Assembly (NCBI RefSeq): GCF_001194135.2
Contig: NC_068982.1
Location: forward strand, 188,547,732-188,611,731
From: Octopus bimaculoides
Taxonomy: Eukaryota
Reading direction: 5' to 3'
DNA length: 64,000 nt
The notes beneath the pieces were generated by a model. It made no database searches. It was not told where the DNA came from and saw only the letters and a list, made by a program, of their open reading frames with translations. Position numbers and translations under genes: made by a program. Position 1 is the first letter of the stretch. Each line of letters starts with the position of its first letter. Below, piece after piece: positions 13,089 to 25,250 of this stretch.

Positions 13089-13387
13089 CGTACATTATTT
13101 ACATTTGACGGATATTTGTCCTCATCTTGTTAAGAGCACAGAATACTAACCCCAAGATTCCAAATTCGATTCCAGGCAGTGACCAGAATAATAATAATAA
13201 TAACAGCATCGAAAAATACCTTAAGAATGAGAACCCAGGTTCGAAATGTCCCCAAGACACCTGATGAAGGCTGGAGGGTATATCAACCGAAATGTTGTGT
13301 TAACAACAAACAAAATGAGGACAAATATCCATCAAATGTAAATAATGTACATAATTCCTCATCTCTTAAACATAGAAATGTATTATT
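13089..13387 (+). mobile_element. Family C element inserted in a TTAA-type MITE
   Basis: 10-bp TSD ATTATCTCAA at 13079-13088 and 13388-13397; short inverted arm then forward copy; hammerhead 13256-13301 with two substitutions. Confidence 0.85.
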
Positions 13388-13576
13388 ATTATCTCAAAGC
13401 TTTGAGATTTCAATGATGTTGTATACATTTCGAATAACATTGTAGGGTAGGTATGAGAGGCCAGATGTGGATGGTTTGAACATAAAATAAAGTAAGACAT
13501 TTGGGCTGGATGTGGTCCCTATTTTAACCCTTTAGCATTTAGATTACTCTGACAAATGTCAAGTTTATTTATCCAC

Positions 13577-13970
13577 GAAAGTGAAGTTGCTAGAATAAGA
13601 ATGGTCAGAGCAAAGTTCAGAGAGCTTCAATCTGTTGGTAACTAAGGGCCTCTCCCTCAAAGTGAAAGGCAGGTTGTTCGATGCCTGTGTACAGCTGTCA
13701 CATGGGCTTTGACAACAGAGGACCTGCAAAGGCTTGAAAGAAATGAAGCTAGCATCATGCTCTGCTGGATGGGTGATGTCAGTGTGTACGTACGACAGAG
13801 TTCGAGTGTCTTAAGAGGAAAACTGGGAACAAGAGGCATCGGATGTCGTGTGCAAGGGAGAAGACTGCACTGGTTTGGTCATGTCATGCGCATGGATAAG
13901 GACAGCTGCATAGAGGAGTGCTAAGCTCTAACTGTGGAGGGTACATGTGGAAGAGGCAGACCCAGGAAGA
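13577..13970 (+). mobile_element. RTE LINE RT C-terminal fragment
   Basis: EDLQRLERNEASIMLCW...RRLHWFGHVMRMDKDSC...GRGRPRK. Confidence 0.9.
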
Positions 13971-13971
13971 T

Positions 13972-14115
13972 TCCAAGTTCGATTCCAGGCAGTAACCTGA
14001 ATAATAATAATAATAACAACAGCAACATCGACAAAACCTTAAGAATGAGAACCTAGGTTCGAACTTTCTTCAATAAACAAGATGAGGACAAATATCCGTC
14101 AAATGTAAATATTGT
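13972..14115 (+). mobile_element. Family C fragment with the hammerhead segment deleted
   Basis: B box, (AAT)n and 3' tail are present, but the ccccaagacacCTGATGA...GAAAC block is absent. Ends approximate. Confidence 0.75.
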
Positions 14116-14368
14116 ATCGATCGTATTATCGCCATGTGCAAGTCTTCTTACGCCTTCAGAGTATCTCAACAGACATGAGAGAGCATCACAGTATATTCAC
14201 TGGGTCATTTAGTGGGTAATTAAACCTGCCCCATGATAAAAACTGGTGGGAACACAAACCACCTCCAGTGCTTGAAAATGACCACATCTTACTCCTTTGG
14301 TACCTACCTGTTCAAACTGACCAGAAAGGTAGATGCAAGTAGACCAGACATTATATTGAAGGATCTTC
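14116..14368 (+). mobile_element. R4/Dong-like non-LTR fragment (end of zinc knuckle + restriction-like endonuclease)
   Basis: Frameshifted translation C-SLLTPSEYLNRHERASQYIHWVI*...WWEHKPPPVLENDHILLLWYLPVQTD...SRPDIILKD. Confidence 0.8.
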
Positions 14369-14418
14369 AGACACCAGGCCTCACTGAGGAAATTTCAATG
14401 ATGTGATAGTTTAGTTTT

Positions 14419-14795
14419 TTTACTTGTTTCAGTTATTTGACTGTGGTCATGCTGGAGCACCGCCTTTAGTCGAGCAAATCGATCCCAGGACTTATTTTTT
14501 GTAAACCCTAGTACTTATTCTATCGGTCTTTTTTGCCAAACCGCTAAGTTACGGGGGACATAAACACACCAGCATCGGTTGTCAAGTGATGTTGGGGGGG
14601 ACAAACACAGACACACAAACATATACATATACGACAGGTTTCTTTCAGTTTCCGCCTACCAAATCCACTCACAAGGCTTTGGTTGGCCCGAGGTTATAGT
14701 AGAAGACACTTGCCCAAGGTGCCACGCAGTGGGACTGAACCTGGAACCATGTGGTTCGTAAGCAAGCTACTTACCACACAGCCACTCCTACGCAT
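14419..14795 (-). mobile_element. SINE family B, near full length
   Basis: ~18-bp TSD atgtgatag(t/c)ttagtttt at 14401-14418 and 14796-14813. Confidence 0.9.
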
Positions 14796-15758
14796 ATGTG
14801 ATAGCTTAGTTTTAGAATGATATTGCAGGGCAGGTGTTAGAGGCCATATTTGACCAGTTCGGGCATAACACAGGTTGAATGTTTGGCCAGCACATGACCA
14901 GTTCAAACATTAAATAATTAAACTGTCAGCATTGAGATTAATCTGTTAAATCTGTTGTTTATTCTCAATGTTTTCGATTAATCCTGCATTATCTCGCTGC
15001 TTTCAGATTTCAATGAAGTGACTGTTTAGTTTTAGAATGACATTGCAGGACAGGTGTAAGATGTCCGATCTGGCTGGATTAAACATAAAACAGGTACAAG
15101 ATTCTGGCTGGATACGGCCAGTTCAAATGTTAAAGTGTCAAAAAAGACACTTGTCCCAAGTTCCACACAGTGGGATAGAACCCAAAACCACATGGTTGGG
15201 AAGCAAGCCTTTTAACCTTGCAGCCACACCATCCTGGAATTAGCTCAGCCTTTCCTTTAAGAACTGACAACAACTGCTACAAAGATATTTAGGAAATTTT
15301 CTGTTCATGGCACCCTTTCATTTTATCATCAACCTTCATAGCATTGGTCCATTTTGGATTGCTTCCCTTAAAGCATCCTATTTTCAACTGTATAACATTC
15401 CAGACACGACCATCCCACATTATCCAAAGTATATTTCCTGAAGATGGAGTGTAATTCGAGGAAGATTTGGCTGCTATTTCTAGCAGATCCAGTAACCACA
15501 TAAAAGATCAGTTTCGTCTACAGTACAAGGGACATAACTCCTCCCCTACAATAATTTATTTGCGTACATCTTTTTCTTGGTTCTTTCATTAGACTGGCCA
15601 TGCTGGGGCACTACGTGGAAACTTTTTTTAGTCAAAGCGATTCCAGCACTTCTTTCAAGCCTGGTGTTTATTCAATTGGTCTCTTTGGCCGAACTGCTAA
15701 GTTATAGGGACGTAAACAAACCAACGCCGACTGTTGAGCAATAGTGGGGAACAAACAG

Positions 15759-15793
<35 letters not shown>

Positions 15794-17418
15794 GACGAGC
15801 TTCTTTCAGTTTCCATCCACCAAATCAGCTCCCAAAACTTTGGTTAGTCCAAGGCTACTGACAAGGCAGCAAAACAGACTCGTCATCGTTTAATGGCTGT
15901 CTTCCATGTTGGCATGGGTTGGATGGTCTGACAGAATCTAAAAAAAAAAAAAAACCGGACTGTGTCGAGTCCCAATGCTTATTCTGGAATGGTTTCTATG
16001 GCTGGATGTCCATTTTAATTCCAACCACTTTACAGAGTGGACTAGGTGCTGGTCTCTTTTGCTGAACCACTAAGTTAAGGGGACGTAAACACACCAACAT
16101 CGGTTGTCACTCAAACATATACATATATATTAATAGTAATGGTAAGACAACAAACGAAAGAAAGAGACCTCGATATTATGTAAATAGAGGAATTTATCTG
16201 TAATATAATATGACAATTATTCAGTTGCCATAATAAAACTCCGACATCCGAAACTCAGTTTTATTATGGCAACCAAATAATTGTCACATATTACATATAT
16301 ATATATATCTCATCATCTTTTAACGTCCGCTTTCCATGCTAGCATACGACAGGCTTCGTTCAGTTTCCATCAACCAAGTTCACTCACAAGGCTTTGGTCA
16401 GCCCAAGGCTATTGCAGAAGACACTTGTCTAAGCTGCCAGGCAGTGGGACTGAACCTGGAACCATGTGGTTAGGAAGCAAGCTTCTTATCACACAACCAT
16501 GCTTGTGCCTAAACAAAATCTTGGGTTGTCACCCAATCCTAGTCCCTTGTGTTTCAAATGCTTTCCCTGTTGGCATGGATTGGACAGTTTGACAGGGTCT
16601 CTATGGCTGGATACCCCTTTTAACATACTTCCTGGATCGGCAACCGTGAGTCTAACACTCAGCATTAGACCACAGATTATCACAGAACAGAAATTATTGA
16701 CCAAAGAAAAGAAAAAAAAAATAGGAAAAACCTTTAAACAACATAAAACAAACAAAAAAGCAACACTAGATTCACATATTCAAGTTTTATATTTTCTCTC
16801 TTCATAGTTGCCTCCATGGCATCTTAATGTAAAAGTTACAATATACACATTTGGTTTAGGATATATTTACACAATTCACCGCCAGCAACATTAATATATA
16901 TACATATATTTGAATATATACATGTGTATATATACAGACACATATACATATATACACACATATATAAATACACACACACACACATGTATGTTTATGTATG
17001 TATAAACAATTCTAAAATAACAAACCAAGAAGGTGTTCAACCAGGTCTCAAAACATTTCCGGATTATATCGCGTGAGTGTTTGCAGCATCAGCAGTGTTT
17101 TTGTTTTAAAAGAAAATCTTTAAAAGTCAGAAACATTTTATCATTTACAGTTGTTTCATAGCAACCTGAATACTTGTCCTTTTGCTGTGGAAACTGTCAG
17201 AAATGTGCAACGGAAAAACTATGATGATAGATCTTGGGAGAGCAGTTAAGGCATTAATTGTAAGGACAAGGGAAATAGAACAAAGTAAAGCATGTCCCGT
17301 TTTGTATGAACCTGGTAGCGTTTATAACTCTTGAAGTTGCTTGTGGCACCTCTACTACAGTTAGACAGACAGACAGACATAGATATCCTCTCCAACAGGG
17401 CATTGAGAACGCAAGAGC

Positions 17419-17456
<38 letters not shown>

Positions 17457-18469
17457 CCAGCCAGGCAGCTGGTACACGTTTTCAGGTGACATAGACTAGA
17501 GCAACACAAGATGAAGACACTTGCTCAAGGATACAGCAAGTTAATTAATGGAAGAGTGAGAAAGGAGGAGATGGGGAGGGGAGGAAGAAGAGGAGGAAGA
17601 GGAGGAAAATGAGAAAAAATTAGAAATCAAATAAGGATTATCTAGAAGACATTTCTTATTCAGGAATGGGAAATTTTTTAATCTTTTTAAATCATAAAAA
17701 TTTTTTTTTTTAGTGAAGGGTGGGGAACATGTCTNNNNNNNNNNNNNNNNNNNNNNNNNNNNNNNNNNNNNNNNNNNNNNNNNNNNNNNNNNNNNNNNNN
17801 NNNNNNNNNNNNNNNNNNNNNNNNNNNNNNNNNNNNNNNNNNNNNNNNNNNNNNNNNNNNNNNNNNNNNNNNNNNNNNNNNNNNNNNNNNNNNNNNNNNN
17901 NNNNNNNNNNNNNNNNNNNNNNNNNNNNNNNNNNNNNNNNNNNNNNNNNNNNNNNNNNNNNNNNNNNNNNNNNNNNNNNNNNNNNNNNNNNNNNNNNNNN
18001 NNNNNNNNNNNNNNNNNNNNNNNNNNNNNNNNNNNNNNNNNNNNNNNNNNNNNNNNNNNNNNNNNNNNNNNNNNNNNNNNNNNNNNNNNNNNNNNNNNNN
18101 NNNNNNNNNNNNNNNNNNNNNNNNNNNNNNNNNNNNNNNNNNNNNNNNNNNNNNNNNNNNNNNNNNNNNNNNNNNNNNNNNNNNNNNNNNNNNNNNNNNN
18201 NNNNNNNNNNNNNNNNNNNNNNNNNNNNNNNNNNNNNNNNNNNNNNNNNNNNAAATAGGTTTAACAGAAAGAAAAACAATTTTAATTTTACTTTAGGACC
18301 TAAGGCAACCAATTAAAAATGTTTTTTTTAAATCCCCTTTTGGTGGGTAAAATAAATTTGAATCAAATATAATTTACAAAATATATATTATTTAGAAAAT
18401 GGACTGAAATTGATTGTCAAAAGCAATTTAACATGAAATTTAAACTTACATACATACATGCATTCATAC

Positions 18470-18506
<37 letters not shown>

Positions 18507-18695
18507 TTATACAGAATGAGATAACAAAGCCAAGGCTGTGATGAGTTTTCAGGACATTTATAATGAAACAGTCTTACAGCTGTTTCTGGGATATTATGCA
18601 TATCCCTTCATCTGTCCATAGCACTTAGCGTTACCCAACACTCTTCTAGATACCAATACCTCTCATATATCTAACTATATATATAAATGAGAGAG

Positions 18696-18726
<31 letters not shown>

Positions 18727-19330
18727 GATATATATGATACACACACACAAACAAACATTAGAAAATTAGATTTCGAGGCTCAAGCAGAATCCACAGTAAG
18801 CACTTAGCAAGGGACCAGCTATCAGTTCACATAGTGATTAAATCACAATGTCGCTGAACTTAGTCATGCAACTGAAACAAACAATAAATATTTCCACAAG
18901 GAGTATATGCATAGAAGAAAACACAGAATCAGAAGGCCTCAGAGGCACATCAAGATAATATGGAAACAATAAACCTCTATTTACCTCTGAAACCTCCTGA
19001 CTTCGTGCTCATNNNNNNNNNNAGCTCAAATGATGCAGAGGCAGGCCAGATGAGATACATTTTAGCATTTCTAGTGGATCCTTGTAAACAAGTGTAAGAT
19101 TAAGATTAGTTTGAGAAAATCAAATTGTAGCAAAATAACTGGGTCAATAATGATGACCAGTGTGTGTGTGTGTGTGTGTGCGTGTTTGTTATCAGTGATT
19201 GTTTTCATGTCCACTTTTGTAAGCTTGCTTGGGTCAGACAGAGTTTTCTGAAGCAGTAAAGTATCTGAGCCAAGCAATGGTGAGGGGGCAAACACAGACA
19301 CACACACACATATATATGTATATATATGTA

Positions 19331-19459
19331 CAGGGTGTCCACAAAGTCTGGGTACATGGGGGGGTTAACACATACTTTAAGAAATTATTATTTCTTATAT
19401 TTAATTGTTTATGTTATGATTTTATTTACTCCATGTACCCAGACTTTGTGGACACCCTG
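19331..19459. mobile_element. Tc1/mariner-type MITE inserted in a (TA)n tract of a family B SINE
   Basis: Perfect 29-bp TIR CAGGGTGTCCACAAAGTCTGGGTACATGG with TA on both sides. Confidence 0.92.
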
Positions 19460-20234
19460 TATGTATATGTATATATATCTATATATATATGTATGTTGTT
19501 GTAATTGGGGATGGTCATATTGCCAGTTTAGCCAATAAAAACACATGCATTGTTTATTGGCTAAACTGGCAATATGACCATCCCCAAGTACAACAACATC
19601 TGTTTCAACACACGATTTCACATCAAAAATCTTGCAAAACAAATATATATATACAAACACACATACAGAAACACAACGGGCTTCTTTCAGTTTCTGTCTA
19701 CTAAATCCACTCACAAAGCTTTGGTCGGCCAGAGGCTATAGTTGAAGACACTTGCCCAAGGTGCCACACAGTGGGACTGAACCCAGAATCATGTGGCTGG
19801 GAAGCAAACTTCTTACCACACAGCCACATCTGCTTGAATCTATGACATCATTTGAGGAATTATCATCTTGGATGTAGAAAAGGGTCGTGTGTGTGTGTGT
19901 GTGCACGCACTTGGGGAAGTATGAACGGGGAATTAATTTCTAAACCAAGGAAAATAAGCTTAGGCATGAATCAAAATATGGAGACACAAACCTTGAAAAG
20001 AAAAAACAAAAATTAGCAGGGAGAGGAGAGAGAGGGGACGAGTAGAGGAAACGGATAAGGGACACAGAAGCACCTAGAAAAGATATGAAATCTATGGAAG
20101 TCTTATGTTTTCCCAATATTGTTTATTTACGGTGCTAGATAAGGTTTTATTTATATTTAGTAGAGAGTTTCTCAATGAGGAAGACGGAAGGTTTGTGAAT
20201 TCAGTCCAACCAGAAAGTGAACTGTGGATTGGGA

Positions 20235-20496
20235 ACACACACACACACATGTGACTGTAAATATACATTATATATATGCACACATTAATATACACACATA
20301 CATACATGAATATATATACACATACATGTGTATATCCATACATTTATATACAAATACAAACACACACACAGAAACACAAACATGCATAAACACACACACA
20401 CACATATATACATGCACACATTAATACACACACATACATACATGAATATCCATATATACACATACATGTGTATATCTACACATTTATATACAAATG

Positions 20497-20528
<32 letters not shown>

Positions 20529-20710
20529 GAAACACACACATATACATAAACATACACACAGAAACACAAACACATGCATAGACACACACACACACACAAG
20601 AGGAACTTCATGAATGAAAGATCATGAAAACCAGAAATGTAAAGTGACTGTACAACATATACACACACACGTGTGTATATATATATGTATTACATGCATT
20701 CATACACACA
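20235..20710. repeat. Compound (CA)/(TA) microsatellite with a ~136-bp internal duplication
   Basis: The block cacattaat...catttatatacaaat starts at 20281 and again at 20417. Confidence 0.9.
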
Positions 20711-21406
20711 AACGATTTAACAAGGATTACTGACCGAGATTAGCTTAGTGCCATACCAGTAAGACAATCAGCACATTTTCATCTTGTAACAGTGTCTATG
20801 CAGTCAAAGATAAAAATAAAATGGTGTTTATATTTAAAAGCCAAGTTGAAATAGGGAAAGTGGACGACCCAGTTCTGTTGTGGGACAAGGAAAATAAGAG
20901 AGATTTAAGACATCATCATTGAGGTGTGACAACAATTGCATCGAGTTCTGATACTTCCCTGAATCCGAGTGGATTGCAATCAATTGGGTTTGACCAGTGA
21001 GAGACAACACAGTCCATCAAGACCCCCTTGTGGTCCACACCAAAATTTTGGTGATCCACATCCTGAGGTCTACATATTACAGTGTACCTTTTGGGACGAA
21101 TGGATGGGGGGAGTCTTATCCTCATGAATTTTGCAGGTCACTTTCAGTAAGAAAAAATAAAAAAAAACAGTTGTGTATCACTGGTTAAGATGGTAAAAAA
21201 TAGAAACTTAAAAACAGAAAAAGAGTCTTCTTGGAAACTACAAAGTTAAATAAAATATTTTAGCCGAGATGAGCTGACATCATTGCTGGCAAGCAAAATA
21301 TAATCGTGGATACTGTGCTGTCTTTGTTTTGTCTTTAAATTTTTTTTGTGCTTTTTTTTGTTTTTTTTAAATATTTTAAAATCTAGTTTAAAAAGCTTTG
21401 GTTGTG

Positions 21407-21673
21407 CTATCCATTGGTGAAGTGGTCTGTCACTGTACCAGAGCAATAATCCTTGTTAGGATTTGGATACTGGCACTGAGAGTTCCCAGCAGCTGGGGTG
21501 GTGCTGCCAGAACTGTTACTTGAAGCAGATGGGGAGGAGGAGGACGCACCAAGTTCTAAGATCTCTTTAATTGCTTGAGGTAGCTTCTTGCATTTCTTCA
21601 GCTGAAGACTAATGCTTTCAGCTTTGTTCAGAATTTGGTCCACATTGATGGTAAAAGACATATCATTGATGTG
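21407..21673 (-). CDS. TBC1D15: TBC1D15/17 terminal exon (HINDMSFTINVDQILNKAESISLQLKKCKKLPQAIKEILELG...TDHFTNG*)
   Basis: ttttcAG acceptor; 267 nt ending in TAG; HIN..S..I.V..IL.KAE.I.LQ motif followed by a Ser-rich tail. Confidence 0.96.
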   Translation of the reverse strand, partial: HINDMSFTINVDQILNKAESISLQLKKCKKLPQAIKEILELGASSSSPSASSNSSGSTTPAAGNSQCQYPNPNKDYCSGTVTDHFTNG

Positions 21674-22465
21674 CTGAAAAACAAAGACAATCACAATTAG
21701 ATATTTATCAAAAGCAATAAACCCAAACATGGCTGTGGGCTTGTGGCCCTAACCCATGAACAAATTAACCCTTCTGATAGCAACCCACCTACAACCACTT
21801 CCTGTTTTAATCCTTTTATATAAACATAAAACGAAAATATAAAGCAAGGTAGTGAATCCAGAAGATGTGAAGGGGTTTGGAGAGAAATGAAACCAGCATA
21901 ATTTGCCGTGTGTGTGTGTGTGTGTGTGTGATGTCAACGGGTTTTCCATACCGGCATGGGTTGGACGGTTTGACAGGAGCTGGTAAGCACCAGGCACCAA
22001 TTGTCTGTTTTGGCATGCTTGCTACGGCTGGATGCCCTTCCTTATGCCAAACACTTTTACAGAGTGAATTCAGTGCTTCTTTTTTTTTTAACATGGCCCC
22101 AGCACATACATAAGGACTTGATGCACTGGAAGAAAAACTGGATTAGAAAAAGAGTTAGTTGTAGTAGAACAGATGAGGGAAAGCTAAGTTGATATAGATA
22201 TGTAATGTATATAAATGATGACAGGTGGGTGAAGAAGTACCAGGAGATTCATGTGGAAGGAATAAGCAGAAGAGGATGGACCATAGAAAGATGTATACTG
22301 AAGGCTGATCTTAGGTGAGAGAATGTTAGAAAGATGAAACCGAAACAGAACACATGACAGCATGCTGTGTTGAAAAATATCTGTCCAACCAATGAAAGCA
22401 TAAAAATGGTGGTGGTGGTGGTGGTAAACAAGAATGTAACCCAATATTATGTTATAGGAACTTAC

Positions 22466-22582
22466 TTTCAAGATTTCAGTAAAACCAAATCGATTCTCCA
22501 TTAACGTAGCTTTCTCATTGTCTAAGATTGCCAAACAAATGAGCAAATGGTAGTTCTTACAAGGTAACCCGGTCCATAATAC
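22466..22582 (-). CDS. TBC1D15: TBC1D15/17 exon (VLWTGLPCKNYHLLICLAILDNEKATLMENRFGFTEILK)
   Basis: caacAG/GTAAGT; 117 nt, phase 0 to 0. Confidence 0.97.
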
Positions 22583-22951
22583 CTGTTGAGAAAATATAAT
22601 GGAAAGAAGCGGTCTTTTAGACACAAAATGAACTGGGAACAAAGAAAGATTGGCAACAGTCAAACAGGCTTCTTTCAGTTTCTATCTACTAAATTCATTC
22701 ACAAGATTTTGGTTGGCTGAGGTATATAGAACACACTGGAACCATGTGGTCGGGAAGCAAACATCTTACCATACAGCCACAATTGCACCTCTTCTCACGA
22801 GTCAGATTAGCCATACAAAGACATTCACTGTTCCTTGGCATTAGCTCAACCACACACACACACACATCCTGTATTTTCAAGTTTATATTTTAATATCTCC
22901 AACATTATTGGTAATTTATCGAAATTTGAAAAGAAAGGGTGCATACAGTAC

Positions 22952-23049
22952 CTCCCATAATCTCTGTATATCTGGGAAACTAAATTCTCGTTTGAAGACA
23001 ATCAACAACCAACGGAAACAAAAGTAGAAATTCCCTGAATCATGGCTCT
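22952..23049 (-). CDS. TBC1D15: TBC1D15/17 exon (SHDSGNFYFCFRWLLIVFKREFSFPDIQRLWE)
   Basis: tttcAG/GTACTG; 98 nt, phase 1 to 0; FCFRWLL..FKREF....RLWE motif. Confidence 0.97.
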
Positions 23050-23350
23050 CTGAAATTTAAGAACACAAAAAATGTCAAAATCTAAAAACATTCTGTAGTA
23101 TAATCATCATCTTCATCATCCATTTTCCCATGCTGGCATCGATTGGATGATTTGACAGGAGCTGGTAAAGGCCAGGAGCTCGTTATGGCCAGGAACTGGT
23201 TACAGCCAGATCTGGTTCAGATCATGAGAAGGTTCAGGCCGTGAGCTTCATCTGGCCGTGATCCGGTTCCAGCCCTGATCTGATTCAGGCAATGAGTTGG
23301 TCCGGAGAAGATTTTGTTTTTAAAATTTATGTGCAATAAATTGCTTAAGC

Positions 23351-23675
23351 ATTATTTACATTATTTACATTTGACAGATATTTGTCCTCATCTTGTTTGT
23401 TGTTAACACAACGTTTCGGCTGATTTACCCTCCAGCCTTCATCAGTTCAAACCTGGCTTCTCATTCCTATTTTCTAATATTATTATTTGGAGCCTGGTGC
23501 AGCCTTCTGGCTCACCAGTCCTCACTCAAACCATCCAACCCATGCCAGCATGGAAAGCAGACGTTAAACGACGACGATAATGATGATGATTATTATTATT
23601 CAGGTCACTGCCTGGAATTGAACTCGGAATCTAGGGGTTAGTAGCCTGCACTCTTAACCACTGCGCCATATGCCC
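23351..23675 (-). mobile_element. Family C element interrupted by an RTE 3' tail
   Basis: Reverse-complement tRNA head at ~23590-23675 and hammerhead at 23405-23450; the RTE tail sits at ~23488-23590 inside the (TAT)n tract. Confidence 0.8.
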
Positions 23676-24176
23676 GTGGGCAACCATGGAGTGACTTTTA
23701 GGGCTTATAAATTGTTTATGCTTCTACAACACAATCCTTTTATACAATTCCGAATATTTAATTATAGAAATACAGCAGGATTTTTTTATACACATCAAAT
23801 GGCTTTGATGGTCCAGCAGAATAAAAGAAGAAATGGAGTGGAGCCATATAGGCAGAAAATGGTTGAGAACCAGTGCTTTAAATAAATCATCTGCACAGAT
23901 TGTTCAGCAAGGAATTGCAAAACCCTCATCTGTCTACAACAGACAGATCCACATCCGGATGATGCTTTTCATGTGTCACCAGCATGGGGAGCCTGTCAGG
24001 CAGCACTGGCAATGACCCATGCATGAATGTTCTGAGTTCAAATTCCACCAAGATCAACTTTGCCTTTCATCCTTTCGAGGTCGATAAATTAAGTACCAGT
24101 TATATACTGAGGTTAATCTAATCGACTGTAACCCCCTCCCCGCAAATTTCAGGCCTTGTGCCTATAATAGAAAGGC

Positions 24177-24210
<34 letters not shown>

Positions 24211-24368
24211 ACTGCAATAACAAATTTTACCTTAAACTACTTCAAGATTTTTTTTATCTTGCATTGTTTATAATTAATTTCTCAAATTAATAATGAAGTT
24301 TAGCTACGACAAGAGAAAGACGAAAAGCTAGAGGGGGGCGGGGGTCTATTGTTTTAAGTAATACTCAC

Positions 24369-24468
24369 CAAGATAACTGCACAATTCAGGGTCTACGAAC
24401 TGCATCAAGGTATGCATTTGTGCAAGCTGCGTTTTCATACCTTGTTGATCCATTTCGAAGTTACTACA
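24369..24468 (-). CDS. TBC1D15: TBC1D15/17 exon (CSNFEMDQQGMKTQLAQMHTLMQFVDPELCSYL-E)
   Basis: tttcAG/GTGAGT; 100 nt, phase 0 to 1. Confidence 0.96.
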
Positions 24469-24796
24469 CTGAAACCAAAACAAAAAAAAAAAAAAAACAC
24501 CNNNNNNNNNNAAAAAAAAAAAAAAAACACCTCAAAATATGGTAAATAACTTTATGTTCACCCCTAACAAATACATAATTTAATAGGGAGTTAACCTACT
24601 CAGAGCTGGGCCCTTGTGTCTAAACTTTACTCTATTTGAACTCCTGAGCAAAAAAAACACAATTACATTTCTAAATCTCTCAGAGATTATCTTGCTGCTA
24701 CTGCATAAATCTCTGAGAGATTTAGAAATATATTATTTTCTATTTCAAAAATCAGTGAATGCATATGTATGTATATATATATATATNNNNNNNNNN

Positions 24797-25000
24797 TTTC
24801 AAAAGCGAATAGGCATGGACAGCTAGCAAGCCATGCTACTCCAGACTGATGATGAGCAATGACTCTGAAACCAGTCTCTGGATGCTGGCTTTGCAGGGTG
24901 GAGGTGCTTGTCTCCACTTTGAAAACATAAGGACACAGGAAATGTGTCAAGTCCAACAGGAAACGGTGTTTCTTAGGGCTAAATAACAGTAGCATTCTTC
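24797..25000 (+). mobile_element. D-related hammerhead element (diverged subfamily)
   Basis: The hammerhead is followed by gaaaacataaggacacag...gggctaaataacagtagcatt, alignable by eye to the family D 3' module. The 5' end abuts an N gap. Confidence 0.7.
24841..24881 (+). ncRNA. Type I hammerhead ribozyme motif, D-related family, predicted cleavage after GUC (C24876)
   Basis: CCAGA-CTGATGA-T-GAG(CAATGA)CTC-T-GAAA-C(CA)G-TC-TCTGG. Stem I is perfect, both core boxes are intact and the triplet is GUC. Stem I extends past an internal loop (GCAAGCCA with TGGCTTTGC). Confidence 0.8.
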
Positions 25001-25250
25001 CCTTTCATGGGACCATCACATTAAGTTGACAACAGAATCCTCAAAAAACTGAGCAGAAGAACAATGATGGGCCTTTCTCTCAACTGCCATATTTGTTATC
25101 CTGGATCATTACTTCCTTCATCTCTTTCACCAGTTTCATTGCCCAAATCACTCTTATTGCCAGCATAAGTGTAAACTCTTCATCCAAAGAGTAAATATCA
25201 CCAATAATTTGCACAAATGTAAGAGAAAAAAAAAAGTCTAGGCCTTGCAT

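Noticed and set aside
20092-20668. His/Thr/Tyr/Val/Cys-rich ORFs
   Set aside because: Translations of CA/TA microsatellite.
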